DNA from: an uncultured Bdellovibrionales bacterium
GTDB lineage: Bacteria; Patescibacteriota; Minisyncoccia; Moranbacterales; UBA1568
NCBI GenBank assembly: GCA_964612055.1
Contig: CAZTBI010000002.1
Coordinates: 163,529 to 227,528 of the forward strand
Reading direction: 5' to 3'
Length of the DNA: 64,000 nucleotides
The notes under the pieces were generated by a model. That model had not been told where the DNA came from and searched no databases. It saw only the letters and a list, made by a program, of their open reading frames with translations. Shown piece by piece: positions 27,740 through 36,660 of this stretch. A program made the translations under genes and the position numbers. Each line of letters opens with the position of its first letter. Position 1 is the first letter of the stretch.

Positions 27740-29203
27740 ATGAATTTTTTTTATTCTCCAAATATATTTTTGCGCGGACTGCTTTTTCTTGGTGGGGTAG
27801 TATTTTTTGTTTTCCCCCTTACCACCTCAGCTGAAGCGACACTTTCTGAGGAAGCATTGGCTGACTTGGTAAAGCCCTCCGTCGTGCGTATTGCGGAACA
27901 CGTGACCGGCACTGCCAAGATCCCTGCGGTCAAGGTCGATATCAGACAGCGACTGGTCGCTGTTATCCCGGATCAATTCACCGAGGTACCTATAGATGAG
28001 TATCTTTCTGGAACCGGATTTATTATTCATCCCGATGGCTATATCGCGACCAATGCTCATGTCGTGTCACTGGAAACTATCAAGGCAACGCTTGCCTCGG
28101 AGAGCGCCCTCTCAGCTATTTTCGAGAATGCTCTTTTGATGAGTGATCAGGAGATGGAGGAGTTCTTGAGCCAAGAGGAGAGCGGAAAGTTTAGCAAAGA
28201 AATCGTTCACTACATCATCGATAATGGCACATTTGATCTCAAGCACGAGCTGGCGGTACTTCGTCCTGATGCCGCAGGATCAAACATGGAAAAACTTATC
28301 GCCTCCGGATTTCCAGCGGAAGTGGTCTCGGTCAATGAAAATTTTCTTGATGATGAACGAGACATAGCGCTTTTGAAGATACAAGAAACCAATCTTCCGG
28401 CACTTTCACTGGGAACGTCGAGCGAGTTTTCGGTTGGAAAAAAAGTGTTCATATTTGGTTTCCCAGCCACAGCAGAAATCAATGAGAAAAATCCGGGAGA
28501 GGCCACTTTTACCCGGGGCATCGTCAGTGCTATCAGACAGTCACTGGATGGGAAACTGAAAATTTTTCAGACAGATGCCAAGGTATCACAGGGATCAAGC
28601 GGTGGACCACTTTTCAATGAGCGCGGTGAAGTGCTTGGTATCATTACTTTTCAGACGGATGAGCTCTCGCGCACGGCCGGAGATAACTTCGCCTTTGCCT
28701 TGCCAGTTGATATCGTGAAAGAGCAGGCACTAGACGGTCGTATCCTCCCAGAAGAGGGAGTGTACGGACAAGCCTTTAAAACTGCATTTGCAGCTTTTAC
28801 TGACAAGCACTGTGATACGGCGCTCTCCTATTTCAACAAAACCAAAGAAACTAATCAGGCTTTTCTCCCGGGACGTTATGTGGAACCATATGAGGCGCAG
28901 TGTGAAGAGTGGCAGTCACAGGGACAGTCACGTGATACCTATTGGGACGAGTTTCGTGATGGCGTGAGCACGCTTAGTAATCCGCTCCTCTATATTATAG
29001 GTGGCGTACTCCTTTCTTTTGGTCTTTTGGGAGTGATGATGTTTTGGCTCTTGCGCCAGCTCCGTCGCGAAGAGAAAGAAATCGATACTTTAGAGGATCG
29101 CTTACGGGTTGATGAGCAGAAGCTGAAGTACCACGAGATGATGGCTTCAGGAGAAGAAATGGCTCCAAAGAAACAGAGTCCTTCTCCAAGAAAAAGGATC
29201 TAG
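27740..29203 (+). CDS. Trypsin-like (S1C/HtrA-type) serine protease with C-terminal TM anchor
   Basis: Catalytic triad contexts YIATNAHVV (His), DIALLKI (Asp), GSSGGPLF (Ser). Confidence 0.75.
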   Translation: MNFFYSPNIFLRGLLFLGGVVFFVFPLTTSAEATLSEEALADLVKPSVVRIAEHVTGTAKIPAVKVDIRQRLVAVIPDQFTEVPIDEYLSGTGFIIHPDGYIATNAHVVSLETIKATLASESALSAIFENALLMSDQEMEEFLSQEESGKFSKEIVHYIIDNGTFDLKHELAVLRPDAAGSNMEKLIASGFPAEVVSVNENFLDDERDIALLKIQETNLPALSLGTSSEFSVGKKVFIFGFPATAEINEKNPGEATFTRGIVSAIRQSLDGKLKIFQTDAKVSQGSSGGPLFNERGEVLGIITFQTDELSRTAGDNFAFALPVDIVKEQALDGRILPEEGVYGQAFKTAFAAFTDKHCDTALSYFNKTKETNQAFLPGRYVEPYEAQCEEWQSQGQSRDTYWDEFRDGVSTLSNPLLYIIGGVLLSFGLLGVMMFWLLRQLRREEKEIDTLEDRLRVDEQKLKYHEMMASGEEMAPKKQSPSPRKRI

Positions 29204-29220
29204 CATTCACAAAAACAAAC

Positions 29221-30990
29221 ATGATTGGTATCAGCGATATTGTGACGAGTCGCGAATTTCGACTACCCCTATTCTTGGTAGCTATTACGGCTATTGCGCT
29301 GCTTTTTTCTTCGCCGTATCTCTACGGGCTCGCTATACTGATTGGTCTCTTCCGTCTCGTGACTGAGTCGTACGAGCGACTCCGGATGGGGAAGTGGAGC
29401 TTGGACTATTTGGCACTGCTGACACTGCTCACAGCACTTCTTCTGGAAGAATGGTTAGCCGGATCAGTGATTGCGCTCATGGTGGCGGTGAGCGCGGCGC
29501 TCGAAGCCTATGGCACCAAGCAGGCAGAGAAAACCTTGCATGGACTTTTTGAGGCCTTGCCAAAAACTGTACTCTTGAAACACGGAGCGCATGAAACGGA
29601 GGTACCACTTCAGAGCATTGTTTCTGGCGATACCATTCTCATTCGCCCCAATGAGATGCTCGCGTTTGATGGCTATCTTCTTTCGGAAAAGGCGCTCTTG
29701 AATGAGGCGAACCTGACTGGGGAAATGGAGCCGGTGGTCTATGAAGAAAAGAAACTTTTGAAGAGTGGAAGTGTCAATGTAGGAGAGAATTTTACTTTTG
29801 AAGTGCGTGGAGATTTCGAACACTCCAGTTATCGAAAGATATTGAAACTGGTTGAGGAGGGAAAAAAACATCCCTCTCCTTTGACGCGTTTGGCAGAGCG
29901 TTATAATATTTGGTTTTCACTTTTTGCTGTGACGCTTTCTTTCGGCGCTTACTTTATTTTTGATGACTGGAATCGTTTCTTGGCAGTCTTGGTCATTGCG
30001 ACACCGTGCCCACTCCTCATTGCTGCTCCGATGAGTTTTATTGGAGGTTTAAACAAAGCAGCGCGCAAAAATATCATTGTGAAAAGTCCGTATGCGCTGG
30101 AGCTCCTGGCTAAGACGAAAGTATTTTTTTTCGACAAGACGGGGACACTCACTCTGGGTGAACCGAAATTAAAAAAAATAGAGTTGCTTGATCGAGGCCT
30201 TGATCAAGAGCAGGCACTTGATTTGGCCGCTTCCCTGGAGCAACACTCCTTTCATCCCTTGGCTCGTTCTCTCGTGAAAGAGCACCAGGCTCATTCGCAT
30301 CGCGCCCTTTCTCAAGTGGAGGGTGTGGAAGAAAAGATTGGCGAAGGAATCTTTGGCATGATTCACGGTAGTCGTTTTGGTGTCGTAAAGTCCCGAGGGA
30401 CAGTTGAGGGACTGGCTGTTGATTTGACGCATGAAGATAAACCGATTGCTCGATTTTTCTTTGATGATGAATTGAAGAGCGACGTTTCGGAAGTCTTTGC
30501 GTATCTGCGGGAACGTGGCTACTCCTTCGGGATTTTGACTGGTGATAAGAAGGCGAATGCCGAGCGCCTGCTTGGCTCTTTCGGGTTACCTATTTACGCT
30601 GAGTCGACACCGGAGAAAAAAGTGGCTTTGGTACAGCAGTATCAGAAACAAGGGAAGTTGGTCGGGATGATTGGTGATGGAGTGAACGATGCTCCAGCAC
30701 TTGCCTTGGCTGATATCGGAGTAGTCTTTTCTGGAAATGAAAACAGCGCCTCCATTGAAGCGGCTGATGTGGCGCTTCTCGGGCCCGACGCCTGGAGTAT
30801 CCGTGATGCTATCCATATTGGGCGACGCTCGTACCACGTCGCACTCCAGAGTATCGCTCTTGGTATCGGACTCTCCTCTGTCGGTATGATACTTGGATTC
30901 TTTGGTTTTATCCCGCCGCTGCAAGGCGCTATTCTTCAAGAAGTTATTGACGCTGTGGTGATTGTAAACGCCCTTCGCTCAACGTATTAG
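29221..30990 (+). CDS. P1B-type heavy-metal ATPase with PCP intramembrane motif; no N-terminal metal-binding domain
   Basis: TPCPLLIAAP in TM6; DKTGTLT; [10 protein letters not shown]. Confidence 0.8.
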   Translation: MIGISDIVTSREFRLPLFLVAITAIALLFSSPYLYGLAILIGLFRLVTESYERLRMGKWSLDYLALLTLLTALLLEEWLAGSVIALMVAVSAALEAYGTKQAEKTLHGLFEALPKTVLLKHGAHETEVPLQSIVSGDTILIRPNEMLAFDGYLLSEKALLNEANLTGEMEPVVYEEKKLLKSGSVNVGENFTFEVRGDFEHSSYRKILKLVEEGKKHPSPLTRLAERYNIWFSLFAVTLSFGAYFIFDDWNRFLAVLVIATPCPLLIAAPMSFIGGLNKAARKNIIVKSPYALELLAKTKVFFFDKTGTLTLGEPKLKKIELLDRGLDQEQALDLAASLEQHSFHPLARSLVKEHQAHSHRALSQVEGVEEKIGEGIFGMIHGSRFGVVKSRGTVEGLAVDLTHEDKPIARFFFDDELKSDVSEVFAYLRERGYSFGILTGDKKANAERLLGSFGLPIYAESTPEKKVALVQQYQKQGKLVGMIGDGVNDAPALALADIGVVFSGNENSASIEAADVALLGPDAWSIRDAIHIGRRSYHVALQSIALGIGLSSVGMILGFFGFIPPLQGAILQEVIDAVVIVNALRSTY

Positions 30991-31005
30991 ATTGAGTTTG
31001 AACTC

Positions 31006-31035
31006 TTGACTTTGTCTGTTTGCTAAAGGTATTCT
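31006..31035 (+). promoter_or_regulatory. Sigma70-like promoter TTGACT-N18-TATTCT for cassette a
   Basis: Read directly; RBS GAAAGG before the ATG at 31078. Confidence 0.4.
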
Positions 31036-31077
31036 TGTGGGGCAGTAGTTCCTCAACCCCATACCGAAAGGTACACC

Positions 31078-31824
31078 ATGAGTGCAGAACTGATAAACAT
31101 TCAGGCACAGGCAAACTTTTTCAACTTGAGCCAGAATCCCTATCCTGGCCGAGGGATCGTGGCTGGTCTCGACGAAACAGGCCAGTACATGGTTCAGGTC
31201 TACTGGATCATGGGGCGAAGCGAGAACAGCCGGAACCGCGTGTTCAAGGTTGATGACGAAACCGGGCGACTCTTTACCGAAGCCGCCGATCCGTCGAAGG
31301 TGAAGGATCCGTCTCTCATCATCTACAACGCGATGCTTGAAGCTCCTCCGTTCTACGTCGTGAGCAACGGCGACCAGACAGACACAGTCATCGGTGAGCT
31401 CAATAGAGGGCCGTTCTTTCTAGAGTCTGCTCTGTGCGGAAGGGAATACGAACCGGATGCCCCAAACTTCACGCAGCGGATCACAGCTGTGGGTAAGCTC
31501 GACAGCAGACTCGGTCAGCGCATCATGATGTCGATTTTGCGCAAGTCAAGATTCGGCGACAGGTGCGATCAGCACACCTATGAGCTGCATTCTGGTCCTG
31601 GCTTCGGTTTCTGCGTCACGACGTATTCGGGTGACGGGGACCCGCTTCCGCCTTTCCGCGGTGATCCGCTCCTTATGCCACTTGTGGGCGGAGCGGAGGA
31701 CATCGCACGGACCTACTGGGACGCACTCAACGAAGCGAATCGCGTTTCGCTGGCGGTGAAATGGATCGAGATCGGTAACGGTCGCTCCGACATCTACATC
31801 ATCAACGAGTACACGCAGGGGTGA
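31078..31824 (+). CDS. PurO-like (archaeal-type IMP cyclohydrolase family) protein, GC-rich
   Basis: GRGIVAG...YWIMGRSENSRNRVF and VVSNGDQTDTVIGEL resemble PurO motifs (YRVSSRSFPNRV; VVSNGSQTD); recalled from memory, not searched. Confidence 0.4.
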   Translation: MSAELINIQAQANFFNLSQNPYPGRGIVAGLDETGQYMVQVYWIMGRSENSRNRVFKVDDETGRLFTEAADPSKVKDPSLIIYNAMLEAPPFYVVSNGDQTDTVIGELNRGPFFLESALCGREYEPDAPNFTQRITAVGKLDSRLGQRIMMSILRKSRFGDRCDQHTYELHSGPGFGFCVTTYSGDGDPLPPFRGDPLLMPLVGGAEDIARTYWDALNEANRVSLAVKWIEIGNGRSDIYIINEYTQG

Positions 31825-31877
31825 CGTGAAGTCTCAACTCGTAATAGTCTCAAGCCGCAGGGTATCGCCCAGCGGCC

Positions 31878-31908
31878 TTTTCTTTTTTCAAACAAAACAA
31901 GTTCGAAT
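31878..31908 (+). repeat. Conserved 3' box, copy a (TTTTCTTTTTTCAAACAAAACAAGTTCGAAT), preceded by hairpin gccgc...gcggc
   Basis: Shares the core with the boxes at 32392 and 33096. Confidence 0.8.
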
Positions 31909-31980
31909 CTGGTGTGGACAAACTAAGAAAAAGAGGGTACTCTTCTAAGTCCAATCTCGGACTTGTTCTTCGGGGGAAGT

Positions 31981-32352
31981 ATGCAATATCTGAAGTGGTA
32001 TGGAGGCCCGATCACGGGATTCTATGGCCGGATCGAAATCAATCGGTACAAAAATGAGGGTACCAAGCTTCATTTGACGAATCTTCCTTGGTCCGCCCTC
32101 GTCGAAGAACGCGCGAAGAACCCATTTCCTGACGTTCGCGTCGATCCTCATGGGAGTGACTATGAGTACGAAAAGAGGGCAAATGAGCTCATCGAGCTCT
32201 TGAACACTACCGATGACATCATGGTGTTCAAGATCGCTATGAATACCCTCATCAGGCTCGTTCAGGGCGAGAGGGCGTCACCTATCTATCCCGGGGAACA
32301 GTATCACCCGGACCTTTTGGAGGAAGCCATCAGGCTTTCGGAAGAGGAGTAA
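31981..32352 (+). CDS. Hypothetical protein (123 aa), GC-rich cassette b
   Basis: ATG at 31981 behind GGGGGAAG; no recognised motif. Confidence 0.45.
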   Translation: MQYLKWYGGPITGFYGRIEINRYKNEGTKLHLTNLPWSALVEERAKNPFPDVRVDPHGSDYEYEKRANELIELLNTTDDIMVFKIAMNTLIRLVQGERASPIYPGEQYHPDLLEEAIRLSEEE

Positions 32353-32391
32353 GTCGTCTACCGCAGAAGTCGCATGGCAACACCCGGCGGC

Positions 32392-32424
32392 TTTTTTCTT
32401 TTCTCAAACCAAACAAGTCCGAGC
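32392..32424 (+). repeat. Conserved 3' box, copy b (TTTTTTCTTTTCTCAAACCAAACAAGTCCGAG)
   Basis: Identical to box c at 31 of 33 positions; preceded by a GC hairpin. Confidence 0.85.
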
Positions 32425-32488
32425 TTTATCTAAGAAGTGGGGCAGCTTCTAAAAGAGGTTTTAGTAAGCATCTTTTTGTATTTACATA

Positions 32489-32517
32489 TTGACTAACCTT
32501 CAAAAAAGAAGTATAGT
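32489..32517 (+). promoter_or_regulatory. Sigma70-like promoter TTGACT-N17-TATAGT for cassette c
   Basis: Read directly. Confidence 0.45.
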
Positions 32518-32571
32518 ACTAAGTCCTTAAATCTAAGGGCGAGTTCTTCAATCTAACCTGGGGAGATACCC

Positions 32572-33054
32572 ATGGCAACATACAGCGCCCCTTATTACCC
32601 CGCGCGCATCATCGAGACAGTTTCTCAGGTGATTGCGCTTGGTAGGCAGGCTCAACTTTTCGACCACCATAAGAGCGATGGGTGGTTCACCCTTGCGCTC
32701 AAGGATGGTGCCACGGTCTTGGGTTTTGCGGTACCTGGACCGTTGTCTGCCACGCTGGCATTTGACTATCGGCATCACTCAGAGGAGCAGGTCTCGTGGC
32801 TTCGGTCACACGAACTTCTCACGAGCAATGTTTGGGTCGAACACAACGTGAGCGAAGCGGTGGCTGCGCAGGGCTACGATTTCTACTTCAGCTTTGTCTC
32901 AGCGCTTCCGCGGGAATGGAATGAGGCCATTGTGGTGGTCTCGGCAGTGTGTATGCGTCAGTTCAACCAGAGTGTCATCGACAATCCGGCGTGGCATCTC
33001 AAGAGCAACCCGCATATCAACGAACTTCTCGAAGTGGCGCATTGGACCAAATGA
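32572..33054 (+). CDS. Hypothetical protein (160 aa), GC-rich cassette c
   Basis: No recognised motif; third positions G/C-biased. Confidence 0.5.
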   Translation: MATYSAPYYPARIIETVSQVIALGRQAQLFDHHKSDGWFTLALKDGATVLGFAVPGPLSATLAFDYRHHSEEQVSWLRSHELLTSNVWVEHNVSEAVAAQGYDFYFSFVSALPREWNEAIVVVSAVCMRQFNQSVIDNPAWHLKSNPHINELLEVAHWTK

Positions 33055-33095
33055 CTCGGTCATGGTCACAAAACATAGAAGAGCCTGGCCAGCTC

Positions 33096-33128
33096 TTTTT
33101 TCTTTTCTCAAACCAAACAAGTTCGAAT
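33096..33128 (+). repeat. Conserved 3' box, copy c (TTTTTTCTTTTCTCAAACCAAACAAGTTCGAAT), preceded by hairpin agagc...gctct
   Basis: 31/33 identical to box b. Confidence 0.85.
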
Positions 33129-33154
33129 TTTCTTTCAGGAGCGAAATACCCCTC

Positions 33155-34351
33155 TTACTTGTAGCGGAGAGCTTCTAGGGTATCGATGTGAGAAGCTTTA
33201 CGAGCTGGGAAGACGCCGGTCATGAAACCGACAAAGGCACCGAAGGCGATGACCGTCATGATAAACCACAGTGGACTGTAGAAGAGATCAACAGATTCTC
33301 CACCAAAACGAGTGGCGATCAAGTTGACGAAAAAATTGAGCACTTCACCTTCGATCATGCCCAAGATGACACCGCCTAAGGCTCCGAGGAATCCCATGAG
33401 TGTCGACTCCATGATGAACATGATTGAGATACTGCTTCGGGAAGCACCGATGGCTTTCATAATACCGATCTCTTCGGTTCGTTCGAGGAGGGCAATGGTC
33501 ATGGTGTTGAACATACCGATAGCTGAAACGACGAGCGCAATCATACCGAAGACCATGAGGACGATCTGAACAGCACCAAAGACCTTGTTGGCTTGGTCGA
33601 TAGTTTCAGAAATAGAAGAGGCGTTGAATCCTTTGGCTTCGATCTCTCGGTGGACCTGGTCGAGTATCTGTGTCGAATCACATTTGACCTTGAGTTTGGT
33701 GTAACTGGTGAGGGGAAAGCCGGTGAGTGAACCGAGTGAGAGATAGACGATATTTTCCTCACCGTCTGAAATGCCCGAGATGGTGTAGGAGTTTTTTGGG
33801 GTGAAAGAGCCCGTGCGACTGACTTGCCCGGATGCATCATTCTGGAACAGCGTAAGAGAAACCGTCTTGCCAAGCATTTCTTCAGGAGCGATACCAAAGA
33901 CTTGAGCCACTGCCTTGGTAATGATAACTTTGCTCGTCTCCTCTTCGGTGAAGAGTCGCCCGTACGCTATTTTGATGCCTTCTGATTTAAGAAGCGAGGC
34001 GCTAGAGCTTACAGTATTGATGTCGAGGGTGATGTCGTCGAATTTTCCTTGGCCGGAGAGCTCGAGAACTGGAATGACACCAACAACATTGGGGATAGCT
34101 TTCAGTGTTTCGATGGCGTTGTTGTCGAGAGCGTCTGGGGCATTTTCTTTACCGAGGGTGACGTCGAGTGTTACCAGGGCATCAGAAGTAGTAATTTTTT
34201 CAAGGAGAGTACGCTGGAGTCCATATCCCAAGGAAACAAGAAATATGATGGCAGCGATACCGACACTCATGCCGAGAATAGTCAAAAGCGTTCGCATGGT
34301 GCGAGCCTTGAACATACGCATAGAAAGTTTGAGAATGTCGAAAAAGCGCAT
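33155..34351 (-). CDS. ABC transporter permease, FtsX/MacB-like (N-terminal TM, large extracytoplasmic domain, C-terminal FtsX helices)
   Basis: 398-aa topology typical of MacB-type permeases; downstream of the ATPase gene. Confidence 0.8.
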   Translation of the reverse strand: MRFFDILKLSMRMFKARTMRTLLTILGMSVGIAAIIFLVSLGYGLQRTLLEKITTSDALVTLDVTLGKENAPDALDNNAIETLKAIPNVVGVIPVLELSGQGKFDDITLDINTVSSSASLLKSEGIKIAYGRLFTEEETSKVIITKAVAQVFGIAPEEMLGKTVSLTLFQNDASGQVSRTGSFTPKNSYTISGISDGEENIVYLSLGSLTGFPLTSYTKLKVKCDSTQILDQVHREIEAKGFNASSISETIDQANKVFGAVQIVLMVFGMIALVVSAIGMFNTMTIALLERTEEIGIMKAIGASRSSISIMFIMESTLMGFLGALGGVILGMIEGEVLNFFVNLIATRFGGESVDLFYSPLWFIMTVIAFGAFVGFMTGVFPARKASHIDTLEALRYK

Positions 34352-34354
34352 AGA

Positions 34355-35662
34355 TTAGCTGTATTTGAGGAGCATAATAATTTCGATTTCCCGTACCATT
34401 TTTTCTGCGGTGTGCTTGTGGACACCCACGCCACCAGCAGATACTTTGCTATCGAAGCGTTTCTGCATTTCGAGTTGTCCAATCTTGCTTTCGAGGCGGA
34501 GTTTCATGGTTGCCTGGAGACGGAGACGCTGTTCTTCGCTCAACTTGAGGTGGAAAAACTGAGTGAGGTATTCTGCGAGAGCGACGGCGCTGATAGCGGG
34601 GTCATCTTTGATGTTTTGGGATTGCTCAATAAGAGCCTGTGTCCGGGTAGCAAAAGACTCTGCCCGCATTTTGTTCCAGCCAGCGCCCCCTTCATCGAGA
34701 TCAAGATCGAGGCGTTCCTTGAAAACGGTGGTATCAATATTTTTGAAGAGGAGTTCTTTCAAGAAGGCCTCGGCCATACTGACCTGTTCTTCGTTCAACT
34801 CAGAGAGGAGGTGGCTCAAAAGTTGTTTGGCTTTGAAAGGAACCAAAAGAACATCAACCTGTTGTGGCAGAAGGCTTTTGAAAGACGTCATGAGCATTTT
34901 GAGTTCGCTTGACTGTTGTGACTCTTGGCCATCTTCTTTCACTTCTGGTCTGGTTATGGGCCGTTTCTCCTTGAAGACCTCTTCTTTGACGACGCGACCA
35001 TCTTTCATATGGATGACTCGGTCGGCATAGACCAAGTGTTCCGGGTTGTGAGTAACCATGATAATGGTTTTTTTGTCGATGGTATTGAGCTCTTTCAAGA
35101 TTTTGAGCACGTTTTCGGCACTTTCGCTATCGAGGTTACCGACGGGTTCATCGGCCAAGATGATTTCAGGATTGTTGACGAGCGAACGAGCAATAGCCAC
35201 GCGTTGCTTTTGTCCGCCAGAGAGCTGGCTTGGGAACTTGTCAGCTTGCTCAACAATACCGAAACGACGCAGAAGTTTGATACCAGCCGCTTTTCGTTCA
35301 CGAGGGATCTCTCCTCGGAAAACCTTCGGAAGGCAGACGTTATCAAGGATATCGAGTGAGGAGATGAGGTAAAAAGCCTGAAATACCATCCCGAGCTTCG
35401 TCTGGTGGAGTTCGAGTTCCTCGGCGCGGCTCATTTTTGCAATGGATGTTCCCTGAATGAGCACATCACCGTACGTAGGAGACTGGAGGCCAGAAATAGA
35501 ATAGAGCAGGGTCGATTTTCCGCAGCCCGAAGGCCCGAAAATGATGACGTACTCTTCTGGATAGATAGTAAGATTCGTTTCTTCAAGTGCGCGCGTTTCG
35601 TTTGATTTTCCCTGATTGTAGATAATGCGCAGCTTGTCAACGACGATGATCGGATCGCTCAT
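34355..35662 (-). CDS. ABC transporter ATP-binding protein (MacB-type) with about 200-aa C-terminal extension
   Basis: Walker A GPSGCGKST; signature LSGGQKQRVAIARSL; Walker B ILADEP. Confidence 0.85.
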   Translation of the reverse strand: MSDPIIVVDKLRIIYNQGKSNETRALEETNLTIYPEEYVIIFGPSGCGKSTLLYSISGLQSPTYGDVLIQGTSIAKMSRAEELELHQTKLGMVFQAFYLISSLDILDNVCLPKVFRGEIPRERKAAGIKLLRRFGIVEQADKFPSQLSGGQKQRVAIARSLVNNPEIILADEPVGNLDSESAENVLKILKELNTIDKKTIIMVTHNPEHLVYADRVIHMKDGRVVKEEVFKEKRPITRPEVKEDGQESQQSSELKMLMTSFKSLLPQQVDVLLVPFKAKQLLSHLLSELNEEQVSMAEAFLKELLFKNIDTTVFKERLDLDLDEGGAGWNKMRAESFATRTQALIEQSQNIKDDPAISAVALAEYLTQFFHLKLSEEQRLRLQATMKLRLESKIGQLEMQKRFDSKVSAGGVGVHKHTAEKMVREIEIIMLLKYS

Positions 35663-35877
35663 GCTTTTTGTTTCAGAATTGCCTTTAGCATAGCATATTT
35701 CGGCGTTCTTTTCTAAAGAATAAACATTGCTTTCCCTCCCGTCTTTCGTTATGCTCTATGTGCGTCCGTATACGATATTTTTGAGTATGAAGAGAGTGTT
35801 GCTGATGGTTTTTACCTTTGGTCTAGTACAGACAGTGATCCTGACTTTTGTATTGTTTTACTTTTATCAACGTTCCC

Positions 35878-36606
35878 ATGGACAATAATAAGAATATTCA
35901 AAAATTACTGCATTTCTTCTTCTGGTGTCATGATGAGGCGAGTGCTTTTTTGGCTCGTCATTTGTTTGGGGTGAAACGCGGTATCCTGATTATTGCTCAT
36001 CTGGCTTTGTTCGGACTTTTTTTTCCAGAAATGCGGAAGGATTTTGGAGAAATGGCAGCGACGCTTCTCATCGGTATCCTTTTTTTGAGCCCAGTTTCCA
36101 AGATACTGCACATGAGACTCCTCCTTCAGATGATGAGTTTGCGTCGAGAATTGGGTATTACCATGGCCTATCTCGCGAGCGTGCATGTTATCGGATTTCT
36201 GATTGATCCACAGTGGCTCACTCTTTTGACTGATCCTTACCTGCAGGGTGGGGTGTGGGCGATTGACCCGGCCTATCTTTTTGGTATCAGTGCTTATCTT
36301 CTTACTCTACCGCTTCTGCTTACCTCGAATGCTCTGGCACAGCGTTCTCTGGGTAAAAATTGGAAACTGCTTCATCGTATAGTGTACGCTGTTTTTATTT
36401 TTACCATTCTTCATCGGATGCTGATTCGTGGCGGTGTTGATCCGGGAGGGGTTTTTCAAGCGATAGTACTGGCGTCGGCCTATATCTTGGCTAAAATATT
36501 GGCTTGGAAAAATTTTCTCCCGCCACTTCAAAAGAGTATCGATTTTTTTGCTTTTCGCTATCGTGAGTACACTGTTATCAGAAAGGCCCCAGAAACTCTT
36601 TCTTGA
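35878..36606 (+). CDS. Ferric-reductase-like transmembrane heme-binding protein (MsrQ/YedZ-like)
   Basis: 6 TM; paired His in helices (HRIVYAVFIFTILH, H-x13-H); KNWKLLHR. Start chosen at the ATG at 35878 (the ORF track uses TTG at 35848). Confidence 0.4.
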   Translation: MDNNKNIQKLLHFFFWCHDEASAFLARHLFGVKRGILIIAHLALFGLFFPEMRKDFGEMAATLLIGILFLSPVSKILHMRLLLQMMSLRRELGITMAYLASVHVIGFLIDPQWLTLLTDPYLQGGVWAIDPAYLFGISAYLLTLPLLLTSNALAQRSLGKNWKLLHRIVYAVFIFTILHRMLIRGGVDPGGVFQAIVLASAYILAKILAWKNFLPPLQKSIDFFAFRYREYTVIRKAPETLS

Positions 36607-36660
36607 GCAGGCTCTGGCTTCATGATAAACTAGGAGAGATAATCCTTTACGAAGTCGTGT

